NCBI GenBank assembly: GCA_043228905.1
Contig: JBHGNT010000005.1
Location: 6,510,001-6,574,000 of the forward strand
Source of the DNA: Azolla caroliniana
Lineage: Eukaryota; Plantae; Polypodiophyta
Direction: 5' to 3'
Length of the DNA stretch: 64,000 nucleotides
The position numbers and the translations under genes are program-made. The notes beneath the pieces are model-generated. The model was not told the DNA's origin and made no database searches. It worked only from the letters and a program-made list of their open reading frames with translations. This document shows positions 1 to 12,630 of the stretch, piece after piece (position 1 is the stretch's first letter; every line of letters starts with the position of its first letter).

Positions 1-2246
1 TTCTTGTGCGGTGAGTGGGAGACAAGATCTCATGTCTTGTTCCTGGAGAGTGCTTGCATCTCCTCATTCATCGCTTCAACCCATCTGGGGTTCTTCGCGG
101 CTTCGGAAAATGTTTCCGGCTCCCGTACTGTCGCTACCTTCATCATAAAGGCATAATGGTACGCCATATAATCGATGTAGCCGAATCAGCTTAAGGGGTT
201 CTTTTCACGGGTGGATCAGCAGAGTTTCTCGTTTGCGGATACTAAGGGCCCTTTCCTCGCTCCATTTTTCTAGATGTCAAGGCCTTTGAACTCACTATCG
301 AGGGAGTGAGTCGATTCGTTTCCGTCGAAGTGATCGTCTTCATACTTTGACATTTTCACCTTCCCTTTGTCTAGCTTCGGACTCGGCCGAGATGTGTTTT
401 GATTGCTTGGAGGCTCTTGTGGCCCAATAAGCCTTGTTGTAATCGGGCTTTCTTCAAACATGCGCGTGAGCCAATCTCCGGCTTCTATCTCTATTTCGGC
501 GGATTCCGGGTGGAGCGGAATCGGAGTTGAAGTTGTCTCTAGTGCGTACCAAGATGCGGAATCGTCAAAAACGACGTCTCGACTAACTCGAGATTTTTGA
601 GTTGAGGGGTTATAGCACTTGTACCCCTTTTGCTCCAGTGAGTTTCCTACGAGGATACATTTCTCCGACTTTGGGTCGAGCTTTTGTCGCTTCTCGTCGG
701 GGATGCGCACGTACACAATGGAGCCGAATATCCGAACATGTCATAGGTCCGGCCTTCTCGTGCAGAGTAAGTTCGTGCACACTTGATGTCGTACACCAAT
801 TCATGAGGTATACGACCGTGTTAGCCGCTTTTGCCCACCGGTAGGTGCTTTTCGTTCATCATGGCCCGTGCTACTTCAAGGATGTGCCGATTCTTTCGTT
901 CAACTGTACACCGTTTTGCTGAGGTGTGTGTTGGCACGAGAATTCTTGTTGGATTCCTTCTTTTCAGAGATACGCCGTAAATTCGTCGGAGAAGTACTGT
1001 TTTCCTTGATCCGACCGAAGACATTGTACATGTCGGCCTGTGACTTTCTCGACTTCATTTTTAAACTTTTGGAAGTGTCCGAACACTTCGCTCTTTTGCC
1101 ACATGGGGTAGAGCCCGGAGAAGTCGTGGATGAAGGCCATGTAATATCAGCATCCGCCGAATGTAGCCATCTAAGTCGGACCCCATACATCGGAATGAAT
1201 TACGTCAAGTACGCCTTTGCTCATGTTCCGCTCCTTCGGAAATGGGTGCCGATGTTGCTTGCCGAATTGGCAAGCGGTACACACCTGCAATCTCTTTCTC
1301 TGTGAATGTCGGGAGCCTGATGACGACTCCTTTTGATTGCATTGCCTTGAGCTTTTAGAGGTTGATATGGCCAATCCGCTTGTGTCATAACTCTATGTCG
1401 GAATCATCTTTCGTGCCCTTTGCGAACATGGACGATTTCATCTTGTGCGAGTCGAGAATGAACATTCGGCCCTCTTTTTTGATGAAGCAACCACCTTGAT
1501 TAAATCGTACCTGCATCCCTTGCTCAACAATTTGGTTGACGGAGACCAAATTCTTCGTAATGGTTGGTACATGCAAGACATTCTTAATAAAATTTTGGTT
1601 ACCTTCTTTGCTGAATGGGACATTGCCGATGTGTCGAATCGGATGTGTAGTGTCGTCTTCGGTTTCGACATAGCGGGGCCGGTCCGGCTCTCGAAGTTCT
1701 CGGAACCATTCTTGATGAGATGTCATATGGTTTGAGGCACTGGAGTCGACGAACCATACGTCTTCCGGACTAGATGCACTATTCGAAGTAGAAGCTGACA
1801 TAGAATTTTCTCTATGTCTCATCACGAATATTCCTCCATGATCATCATAGTCGGAGTTGGTGGCGTAATTGGTGTGTTGTTGGCTTGTGGAAGCCGACTC
1901 GCGCATCTTCTTACGACACTCTTCTTTGTGGTGATCGATTTTTCTGCAATATCCGCATTCGACCGAGTTTTGTTGACTTGGACCAGAATGGAAGCTTCCC
2001 CTTCTTCCGAAGGTTCCTCGATGGCTTCCGTCTTGATGCCGAAATTGAGAGTTTTTTTCGTAAGTCGGGCCTCGACCACCTCGTCGTTGGCCGAATCGGC
2101 CTCTTCTTGCATGGCTGAGTCCTCTTCCTCCATCCGAGTGTGAGTAGAGCATGTGGCCTTCCGAGGCGTTGCTCCTTGTTCGAACATGGTTTTCTTCGAC
2201 CAACAACATGGATTGAAGATCGAAGAAGGAGGGCGGATTCTCCCGT
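1..2246 (-). pseudogene. Copia A gag C-terminus, protease, GAG-pre-integrase, integrase and start of RT (frameshifted)
   Basis: ORFs 1385-2209 (CGYCRKIDHHKEEC knuckle, WFVDSS), 1171-1374 (CTACQFGKQHR, HSDVWGP), 821-1024 (ERKNRHILEVARAM) and 270-716. Confidence 0.92.
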
Positions 2247-2999
2247 TGTCGTGTTGTTACGCGTGCGCGTGGAGAAAGGCGGGACCACGGGGGTCTTGGA
2301 CTAGGGAGTGACGGAGCGTAGGAAGTCGTACTTCACCGTTTCCGGGGCATCCCAGAAGCACACCGGAAGCAACCGAAGGGAGAGAGAGAAAGAGAGGGAG
2401 CGCACACTTGACACCGACTCACGCACGCACACACACACACACAGGCCGACCCGACTCACGCCCTTATGTACAGGAAACGCAAGAAAGGGGAAGCAACTGA
2501 CACCAACAGAGACACGAATATACACAGACAGACGCAAATGTAAGTATTACAAGGGAAAGAATACAACCCCGGCTTCGAGCCGGACCAAGCTAGGGTAGGT
2601 TACAACAATAGTCTGCAGCCAAGCCGCCATTCGGGGAGCACTCGGGCTCGTCACGTGGAGCGGGGTCTTGCACAGGAGACCGAGCAGAAACAACCCTCAA
2701 CAGTCCACCCACACCGCGAAGAAGAGGAAGAAGAAGTAGAAGAACTAACCCTAAATCTAACGGTATACCCTCTAACACAAAAATGGGCAACCTTTCTACA
2801 AGGGACCATCCCTTCCTTTTATAAAAGAAGGAGAGGGATGCGTTACAATGTGGGATAAATCCTGATTTACATGGGATTCTTCGTCCCGACTTAACACCTA
2901 TTATTCACACAATTACACGAGGGTGAGTGCACATGGTGCACCCCGCCGATGTAGCCAATATTTCCCGGTTTCCGCCTCTGGCCGAAAATCTTCACGACA
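2247..2999 (-). repeat. 3' LTR of element B
   Basis: TGTCGTGTTG...CTTCACGACA, a near-identical direct repeat of 16442-17192. Confidence 0.93.
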
Positions 3000-3809
3000 T
3001 CCGCCCCACCTAACCACACATCCACCGGTACGTGCCAAATCTGGTTGAAGGGTGAGAGATTTCAGCCGGTGAGAAACCGGTCTTCCGTAATCTGCATCCC
3101 GGCTTGCTACCGGTTTGAACCATCGGCTGTGGTTCTCCCTTCGCGCTTACCTCTCCGTAGGCTCATTCGACCCGTCGATGGGTCCTTCGCCGCGATCTCC
3201 ATAGTACGCATACTTCCGCTGGCCCTTATTCGGCCGTATGCACGCTCCGTTCTCTGCTGTATACCCGATGTCCTCCGCTTGGGGAACGCCCGTAGTGGCC
3301 CATTTGGCCTCCGTCTACCATTCGTGTTGTTGCAACAGGTCCTGATTCTCCCGCTTGCAGTCGTCCCCTCGCCCCCACCAGCTTCTCACCCCGGGCTTGT
3401 TGTATCAGTCTTCGCTACTTCGACGGAGCTCCCGAGATCTACGAAGCGAGCGTGAAGGATCCTCCTCTAGACTCGCTTGTCATCCCATGACTCCGACCCT
3501 ATGCAGTCCACTATGCACTTGTCACCTCGTTTCTGGCACCTTCCTTATGCCATCTTCCGCTTCCTTTGTTCGGCACCGCCCATGCCGAACATGGTCCCGT
3601 AGTCACGCTTTGATCCGGCCTGCGATGGCCACTTGCGAGACTCTTATTCCGTCCCAGGTGTGCCTTTCCGGCCCGACACATCTCCTCGTGTTTGCCCCTA
3701 CCGGGTACTTCCGAAACTGTAACCGGCCGGTGAGGGTTTCGCACTTCGTCCGCCCCGTCTTACCGACTCCCGATCCGCTACCCCGTGTTGTTGGGTCCCG
3801 TTCCCTTCC

Positions 3810-5480
3810 ACCACCGTTCTTCTCCCTAGGTCTCACGTTGCCACGTTGGCCAAACTGCCGGGGTCTCCGGATCAGTGTGAGGGTCCCATAGGACCGGTCT
3901 TCGTTTCGTCGCTTGCCGAGATCTAGGTGTCTTTTCTTTGAGTCCCTCCCAGACTCTCCTCGTGTCTTCCACGTAGTCATGTCCCGTTTCCCGCCGCCAC
4001 CAGCCTTCTCTCTCGGTCTCATGTTGCCACGTTGGCCGAACTGCCAGAGTCTCTGGTTAGGTGTGGGGATCCCGTAGGACCGGACTTCCTTACACCCACT
4101 CACCTCGCCAGAAGGTTTGAGATGGTCCGTAGCCACCTTGCCGGCCTCATACCTCCTTGCCGTTCGTCGCCTCCTGTCGTCTGATCACGTTCTCCTGCCG
4201 CCACCGATCTCCCCGATAGGACTCACGCCGGCACTCGGGCCGACCGCCGGATTAGTGTGAGTGTCTTCGTGGGACCCCCCCTTCTGGCTTCGGTTGCCCG
4301 CCTTGCCGCCGTCACCGTCCCTTACTCTAGGTCTCACGCCTCCTCTTGTCGTTGGCTGCCGGAGTCTCTAGAATCGGTGTGTGTAAGGTCAGAACTGCAC
4401 CGCTCTGCCTTCGCCATTCTCTTCTGTTAGTCACGTTCACCTGCCGCCACCATCCTTTCCTATAGGACTCACGCCGGCTCTCGGGCCGACCGCCGGATCG
4501 GTGTGAGGATCTCCGTAGACCGCCCATCCGTAGCCTCTTTTGCCTTCGTCCCCTCACCGCCACCATTCGTCACTCTAGGCCTCGTACTGGCTCTCGGGCC
4601 GACCGCCGGTGTCTGTAGAACCGGTGTGAAGGATCCTCCTCGGGCTTGCCGTATCTCTGACCCTTATCCTGGGTCTTCCTTCTTTCGTAAGTCGAGAGGG
4701 GGGCTCGCTCCACACCCTCTCCCGTGGTACCGATGTACCGTGTTCCTGGCCTCTTCGTAGGCCTGCTCTCTTCCTCCCTCCCGGAATGGTTTTTTGGAAG
4801 TCCGTTCCGCCCGGTTCTCGTCCGGGTCCGTCCGATCTCTCCTATAGGACTCACGCTGGCACTCGGGCCAACAGCCGGATCGGTGTAAGTATCTCCGTAG
4901 GACCGGCCTTCATTCTCCTCTTCATCCCCTGTACTTCTCCCAAACTCGTCATTACTCTCCTTCTCGCGTACCCGCCTCCATCTCCCATCTCCCTAGGTCT
5001 CACGTCGGCGCTCGTTTCCAGCTGCCTAAGTCTCCGGATAAGACGTGGTGCTTCCGTCCCGTAACGATTTGCGGACGCTCGTTCAGGGTACTGCTCCCAA
5101 GTACGTTTGGTGAGAAGCATCTGGTCTGTGATCAACCAAGCCCCGCCTGGGCTTGGTTCTCCAATATCCGTAGTTTCGGTTCTGATGCCGACCTCTCCGG
5201 ACTCGTTCCGAACCCTTGACCACTTCCCTTCCAATTCCCGACCTTCGCCCGATCGGTCTTTCTCCCCAAGTAAAAGAGGGCGGCTCGTCCCGCACCCTCT
5301 TCCGTATTGGCACTTTCATACCGAATCTGGCCCCAATCGAACGATCTACGACCGGATTCTGCTCCATCCGAATCGGAATGCCGATCTTCTTGTGCCACTT
5401 CCGTCCTCGGCCTCCTTGCAGGCCGTTTCCCATCCCTCTTCGCTGTCACCGTGCTAGGACTCCTCGTTGGCGCCTTCCTT
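3810..5480 (-). repeat. Dispersed degenerate repeat array inside element B
   Basis: Core (C/A)TAGG(T/A)CTCACG...GGCC at about 3826, 4012, 4216, 4327, 4462, 4575, 4844, 4993 and 5454, with variable spacers. Confidence 0.75.
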
Positions 5481-6764
5481 CTCTCTAGCCTCATGTCGGC
5501 ACACTGGCATGACCGCCCGAGTCTCCGGAATCCGCGTGGAGGGCTCTTCTCCGCTCTTGACCCTGTCCCCGGTCGGCAATTCTCTGCAAGTCGAGAGGGC
5601 GTTTTGTTCCGCACCCTCTCCCGTGTGTTACCCCGTACGAGATGTACGGAGAGTCAAGTGTGATGAGCGAGGGTCGAATGTTATCATGATGTTGTGTATG
5701 TGTAGGGGGTATAAATGTAGAGGTGAGTCTATACGTATGTGAACACATGCAAACGTTGTTGTGAAGAAAACCGTCCCTTAGCGCAATCGGTGCATAGCGC
5801 GCGTGAACCGGCTCTTCACGCGTGCGCGCCCTTTAATGTATATAATAGAGAATTAGGTACAAAGGTATATCCTAGGTAGTTAGATTCGGTAGGTAGGAAG
5901 TTAATGAGGGAAACGGCTCCCTTCTTGAAGCTATAAAAGAGAGGGAGACGCGGGGGGAAGGGGATTATTGATTATTGAGGGGGGACGAAGTGTTGTCGGA
6001 CCGAAACCGAACGCTTCTCCTCTGTTCGTTCTCCATCGCTCTTCTCTGCAGGTTTTCGGGAGGCTCGCGCTGCTTCGAGGAACGCCCGTGTGCTTCCGGC
6101 AGCACGTCCATCCTATCCCCTTTCGTGCGTAAACGAGCAGGCATCGGCATCTGTTCGCCGACCTGTGCGGTTGTAACCGCTCGCGTGCTCTGTTGTTTAT
6201 TTGTCATTCGTTAATATACAAACGTACAATCCGGAGGTGTACATGGTACAATCCGGAGGCGAACGGGAAGGTAGAGCGCGGACATGGACCGATCGTCAAA
6301 GCACTAGTCCGGGCGTGCGGAGGCCAGGTCGGGAATTGGCCACGACTGTTACCTTATGCCTTGTGGGAGGACCGGACAACGCACAGTTTGGTAACCGGGT
6401 TCATGCCGTCAGAGCTCATGCTCGGACAAAAGCCGATCATGCCGATGGAACGGACGATCTCCTCTTGGGCGACAGTGGACTGGAGAGACGAGATGAGCCA
6501 AGAAGAACTGCTAGCGACGCGTATACGGCAGCTCGAGCGGAGGCCAGAGGACGTGGAACGAGCGACGGAGAGACTTCGGACGGCGAGGATGAGGAACAAA
6601 GCCCGGTTCGACCGGACGCACCGGCTCAGACCAAAGAAAATCGAAGAAGGCGACTGGGTGCTAGTCTACGACAGCAGCCTCGACAACCAGCATCGGGCAA
6701 CACGGAAATTTGCAAAGCGGTGGTTCGGGCCGTACGTGGTAACGAGCGCCAACGATAATGGGAC

Positions 6765-9700
6765 TGTTGAGAGACAAGCTCAACATCGGCCGGATCGGCT
6801 GAAGAAGCCGAGGACCCGATCGGTTAGGCCGAGTGCGTAAACCGGGAGGTCGTTAGGAAAGATATTCTGTGAGGAATATATTTGGGAGTTAGTGTAGGGG
6901 CTCTTGATGAGCATTGAACTACTATCAATACTTCGGTCAGTCCTTTTAGGACTTGTATAAAAGTGCTTACTGAGCACGTCTTATGTACAGAGATTGAGTA
7001 TTATTGTGAAATATAGTTTTTTGTGTCTCTCTCTCTGTCTCTCCTGCGTATACCGTGTAAGCTCAAGCTCTCCATTAAACCTGTGTTTCCTTCCTCTGTT
7101 CTGTCTTCATACCTGCTTCCGCATGCTACTTTCTACATGGTATCAGAGCGCGAGGGTTGAGAACCTCTTTGCAGCCGACACAGCTTGACGAAGAAGAACA
7201 AGAAGAACGATGGATAGAGGCATGGCGAGCTCGCTTCCAACAGAGAAGCTCGACAGAACCAACTACGCGTCTTGGTCCTACAAGATGCACCAATACCTGC
7301 TCGGGCATGGCTACTGGAGTTATGTCGAAGGAGCTAATGATGCGGCACCCGAATCGACACACAGAGACTTCCCGTCGTGGGAGCAATCAGCGAGCAGGGT
7401 ACTATACTGCTTCGCGTCGTGTGTGGGCGAACAACTATTGAGCTATGTTCGGGATGCAAAGACGCCGAAGGGTGCGTGGGAAAATCTGAAGAAGATTTTC
7501 GCCGCAAGCACCACAGCCAGGAAGCTTAAGCTCCGACAGGAGTTGAGCAACCTACGACAACGCGACTTGTCGGTGGCGGACTATACCTCGAAGATCAAGG
7601 ATATCTGCGACTCCCTCGCCTCCATAGAGGTGAACATCGAGGAGAGCGAGATGGTCCAGATCTGTCTCGGAGGTTTGGCGTCGAAGTTCGGAGCGTTCCG
7701 AACGGCTGTGTGTACCCGGGAGAATACGCCGTCCTTCTTCGACTTACAGTCGATGCTCCTGGTAGAGGAGAACCACGCGGGTGCGTCTACAAGCACGCAC
7801 ACCAACAGCAGAATGCTGTACACGGAGGGAGATAGGCCCCGTGGACGTGGAGGACGAGGCGAGTCGGCACGCAATGGAGGCGGCCGACGAGATCAAGAAA
7901 GAAGGCACCGATGTGATGCCGACAGCAACTCCGGACCCTCCGGAAACAGGGGGAGTCGAAGCGATGAGAACGGGCAAGGGAAGGCCATCGCGGAGTGCTG
8001 GTACTGTGGCAAGAAAGGCCACAGGGAAAGTGAGTGCTGGAAGAAGCGCGCCGATTTGGAGAGAACCGGTTCCGGAAACGGCTCTAGACATACCCACAAG
8101 GGAAATCGGCAGCGATCGCACTACGCCGAAGACTCCGGGAGAGCCGGAGAAGGGATTGCCTTCGTGAGGAGACACGAAGCAAACTCAATGAAGCAGACCA
8201 CCCCGAGATCAGACCAGGTGTGGTACGTAGACTCCGGCGCATTAAACCACAAGACGAGCCATAAGGAGTGGTTCTCGTACCTTGAAAAACCGATACAACC
8301 TGGAGTAGTCGCAACAGGAGACAACACTCCGCATCCGATCGCGAATGTCGGAGAAGTTCCCCTTAGCCATGTCGGGCAGAAAGTGAAACTCATGAACGTG
8401 CTGCACGTCCTGACAATCACAAAAAACTTGGTCTCGGTCGGACAGATCGTCGACCAAGGGATGGAGGTTCGGTTTACACACCTCGGGTGCTTCATTGAGG
8501 AAGAAGGCCGTGTGATTGCGCAAGGGCACAGAGACGGGAGGATGTTCATCCTCGACTCCACTAACGGCGGCACCTCAATGTTCGCGAAGGGACAAAAGAG
8601 TGAGTCAGACATCGACTTGTGGCACAAGCGGATGGGCCACGTCAACTACCAGCGGCTTCAAGATCTGCAAACGAAACAGGTAGTGTTCGGATTGCCCAAA
8701 TTTAGTGGCTGAAAAGCACAAATTTGTGAAGCCTGCCAGCTCGGGAAGCAACACCAACTTCCCTTCCCCAATGAGCGAAACCGGAGCCAGAACAAAGATC
8801 GACCTTATACACTCCGATGTGTGGGGACCGACACAAAACGTTAGTCTTGGCGGGAGCCGATATTTCGTCTCCTTCATCGACGGCCACACGCAGCACACAT
8901 GGATCTACCTCATTGAGAGGAAGAGCGAAGTCTTCGACTGTTTTCGGAACCTCAAGGGGTTCGTGGAAACCGAAACGGGATGAAAGATCAAGTGCCTGCG
9001 GTCGGATGGCGGGAAAGAGTACTTTTCCGGTCAATTTAACGGTTATCTACAACAAATGGGAATTCGACGCGAATTCAGTTGTAGATACACGCCAGAGCAG
9101 AACGGCGTGGCCGAGAGAAAGAATCGGTCGATTGTGGAAGCGGCACGGGCAATGCTGGAGGAGAAGAGCTTGCCCAAGTTCTACTGGGCCGAGGCGGTAA
9201 GGACCGCGGTATACATCCAAAACCGGATCGGAGACAAAGTGTCAGCGCACGAGCTATATTTCGGAATGAAGCCGAACTTGCGACACTTGAGGGTGTTCGG
9301 TAGCACTGCGTATGTGCATATACCGAAGGAGAAAAGGAGGAAGCTGGACGCAAAGGCCGAGAAATGCATCTTGGTCGGTTACTCGGACGAGCAGAAGGGT
9401 TATAAGTGCTATAACCCTTGCACCAAACAAGCGCGTGTCAGCCACGACGTTGTGTTTGACGAGTCCGCGTCTTGGTACCTGCCCCCGACTACGAACCTCG
9501 ACTCCAATCTGAGTTTTGACGATGAGGTCAATGAGGCCGAGTTGCCTCCGGATGAGCCCGAAATCGAGACCCGCGAAGAGAGTCCGATTTCACTCCGGTT
9601 AAGTGGACCGATTGGACGACTGAGTAGGTACGACCAGTCCGATGAGGAGCCGGCGAGTAGTGGAGACTCGGCCGTGCATTCCTCGCGCAAGAAGCCGAGG

Positions 9701-12386
9701 AGACGGCTTACGCGCAAAGAGAAAGGGAAGAAGAAGGTGTTGGATTCCGGCACGGAAAGGAACGAGTCAGACCGACGCGAGTCTGACTCCGAGGGAACCG
9801 GTGACAGGTCTTTAAAGATGAAGACCGCGTCGACCGAGAAGGCCTCGACATCGGCTAATGTGAGATTACGCCGATCTACCCACCAGAAGAACCCAGTTGT
9901 GCGGTTCGGATACAACGAGTACATGGCGCATCATTATGCGTACATGACCCGTGTAGCGGAAGTGCGTGAGCCGGAGAGCTACGCAGAAGCGGCTAAAAAC
10001 GCGAATTGGCGCGCCGCGATGGAGGAAGAGATGCACGCATTGGCGGAGAACGAGACCTGGGACCTGGTTGACGCACCGAAGGGTGTGAAGCCAATCGGGT
10101 GTAGGTGGGTGTACAAGGTCAAGTACAACACCGATGGCTCGGTCAACCGGTACAAGGCTCGGCTAGTGGCAAAGGGCTACGCGCAGAAACACAGCATCGA
10201 CTACGATGAGACTTTTGCGCCGGTCGCGAAAATGACGACCGTCCATGTTTTGCTGGCAGTAGCTGCGGCGAAGGGGTGGCACTTACATCAGATGGATGTA
10301 AAGAATGCGTTCCTGCAAGGTGACCTTGAGGAATAGGTGTACATGGTACAACCCCCCGGATTTCACTCCGGAACGAACTCCTCGGCAGTATGCCGACTGA
10401 AGAAGTCCCTTTATGGATTGAAGCAAGCCCCGGGTGCCTAGAACGCGAAGATCACGCAACAACTGCATCGGATGGGCTTCGTCACGTCAAAATCAGACTC
10501 TTCCTTGTTCATTCGGAAAGGTCGACGCGGACCAGTTAATATTTTACTATATGTTGATGACTTGGTCATCACCGGCGCCGACCTAGGTGAAATCGACCGC
10601 GTGAAGCTCCAGCTTGCGGCATCGTTCGACATGAAGGATCTGGCGGACCTTCATTACTTGCTCGGGATCGAAGTGATCCGTACCCCCGAAGGCATATTGA
10701 TCAGCCAACGTCACTACGTGCTGAGTATGCTCTTCAAATTCGGGATGGCCGATTGTAAGACCGTCTCAACTCCTCTGGACAGAACCATTAAGCTTCGTCC
10801 CGATATGGGAAAGGTATGCGACCCGACGAGGTTCCGGCAAATTGTCGGAAGCCTCATATACTTGACCATCACCCGACCCGACCTCAGTTACCCGATCGGG
10901 GTGATCAGTCAGTTCATGGTGTGACCTACCGAGGAGCACCTTCAGTGTGCGCAACGCATACTTCGGTATGTGAATGGCACTGAGGACCGAGGACTACTAG
11001 TTAGTTGGCTACACTGATGCTAATTGGGCTGGCAACGCCGTCGATCGCCGATCCACGTCCGGATACGCGTTCTCCCTCGGGAGTGCCGCGATCGCGTGGA
11101 GCAGTAAGAAGCAGCCGACAATTGCACTGTCGAGCACCGAAGCTGAGTACCGAGGAGCGGCTGTTGCGACATGCGAAGCCATCTGGTTGAAGCGGCTACT
11201 TAAGGATCTGCAAGTGGAGGTGTCAGATCCGACGACGATCTATTGCGACAACCTCAGCAGCATCCAGCTCGCGAAGAACCCCGTTTTCCATGCACGGACC
11301 AAGCACATTGAGGTGCACTACCATTTCGTCCGTGAGCGTGTCCTTTCCGGTGAAGTCGAACTTCAGTACGTTCTGATGGATCGGCAGACTGCCGACATCT
11401 TCACCAAGCCTCTTGGTCTGGACAAGTTGCGGCAATTCTCAGGTGCGCTCGGGTTGCGTCATCTTGACGTGCCGAACTTGAGGGGGAGAACAGTCCCGAA
11501 CGACCAAGCAAAGCAGCAGGAAAGGAGCGGACACTGCGACACCGAGTCGGTTGTCGAGTTCGACATCGGATCGGCTGAAGAAGCCGAGGGCGGACCCGTG
11601 GAAAAGCTCGGAAGCGGACAGAAGGGGAGCAAACGAAGGAGAGAGCCGAAGCCAACCACGCATGAGGAGGATGACGCCATCGAGGGTGAGAAGACTGAAG
11701 ACGAGTTGGAGACAGCCAACTCGGACGAGAGTGAAGACCGATCGGAGGTAGCCGAGTCGGTTCGGATGTTTGATTCAGACACGCTGAATCAACCGAGGCC
11801 CAAGCGGAAGAAAAGGCAGCAGAAGAAGCGTCAACACCGCAACAGCAGAAGAGCTAAGGGCCGCATGAGCAGACAAGCTGACCGGAAGGGTCGAAGCGCG
11901 CGGAGTCGAACAGGTCGAGGAGCGCGAGCGAGGCGTGAAGCCAGGAGGAACCGGTGTTGTGAAGATCCCGAAGAGCCTCAAGTTGAGCTTGAGGGGGAGT
12001 GTTGAGAGACAAGCTCAACATCGGCCGGATCGGCTGAAGAAGCCGAGGATCGGATCGGTTGGGACCGATCGGTTAGGCCGAGTGCGTAAACCGGGAGGTC
12101 ATTAGGAAAGATATTCCGTGAGGAATATATTTGGGAGTTAGTGTAGGGGCTCTTGATGAGCATTGAAGTATTGTCAGTACTTCGGTCAGTCCTTTTAGGA
12201 CTTGTATAAAAGTGCTCACTGAGCACGTCTTATGTACAGAGATTGAGTATTATTGTGAAATATAGTTTTTTGTGTCTCTCTCTCTGTCTCTCCTGCGTAT
12301 ACCGTGTAAGCTCAAGCTCTCCATTAAACCTGTGTTTCCTTCCTCTGTTCTGTCTTCATACCTGCTTCCGCACGCTACTTTCTACA
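6765..12386 (+). mobile_element. Structurally complete Ty1/copia element E (5.6 kb)
   Basis: LTRs 6765-7137 and 12000-12386 (TGTTGAGAGA...TTTCTACA), PBS TGGTATCAGAGC 7138-7149, PPT GAGGGGGAG 11991-11999, TSD GGGAC/AGGAC. Confidence 0.97.
7210..12005 (+). pseudogene. Copia E gag-pol (gag, PR, IN, RT, RNase H) with a few stops and frameshifts
   Basis: [66 protein letters not shown]; breaks near 8710, 8981, 10334, 10439, 10922 and 11000. Confidence 0.95.
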
Positions 12387-12630
12387 AGGACGTATCACCT
12401 AGCAGAACTCGACAGTACGAGGATGGCGATACTGGTAGCAAGGAAGCGGATCAAAGCGTTCAAGAAGCGCCACGACGGCGGACCGGATCTAAGAGGCCGG
12501 GACAACGACGACGAACAGTCCGAAATGGAGGACGAACCGATCGACGAGGAACCGGAACCCGGACCGGTTTTCTCCAACCAGAACCGAATTTTGGCGCATA
12601 CCGGTGGATGCACGGTTAGGTGGGGGCGGA

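Larger units (their letters stand above)
6246..12560 (+). pseudogene. Gypsy integrase C-terminal half of D (6246-6764 and 12392-~12560), split by E
   Basis: YNPEANGKVERGH...KRWFGPYVV..NDNG|TYHLAELD; the frame rejoins across E. GPY/F motif present, no chromodomain seen. Confidence 0.88.

Noticed and set aside
3810-5480. CRISPR array
   Set aside because: The repeats are degenerate, spacer lengths vary widely, there are no cas genes, and the context is a plant retrotransposon
5659-5682. Hammerhead ribozyme (retrozyme) in the LTR of C: GTGATGAGCGAGGGTCGAAT
   Set aside because: Both LTR copies lack the required CUGAUGA and GAAA core, and I see no convincing flanking stems
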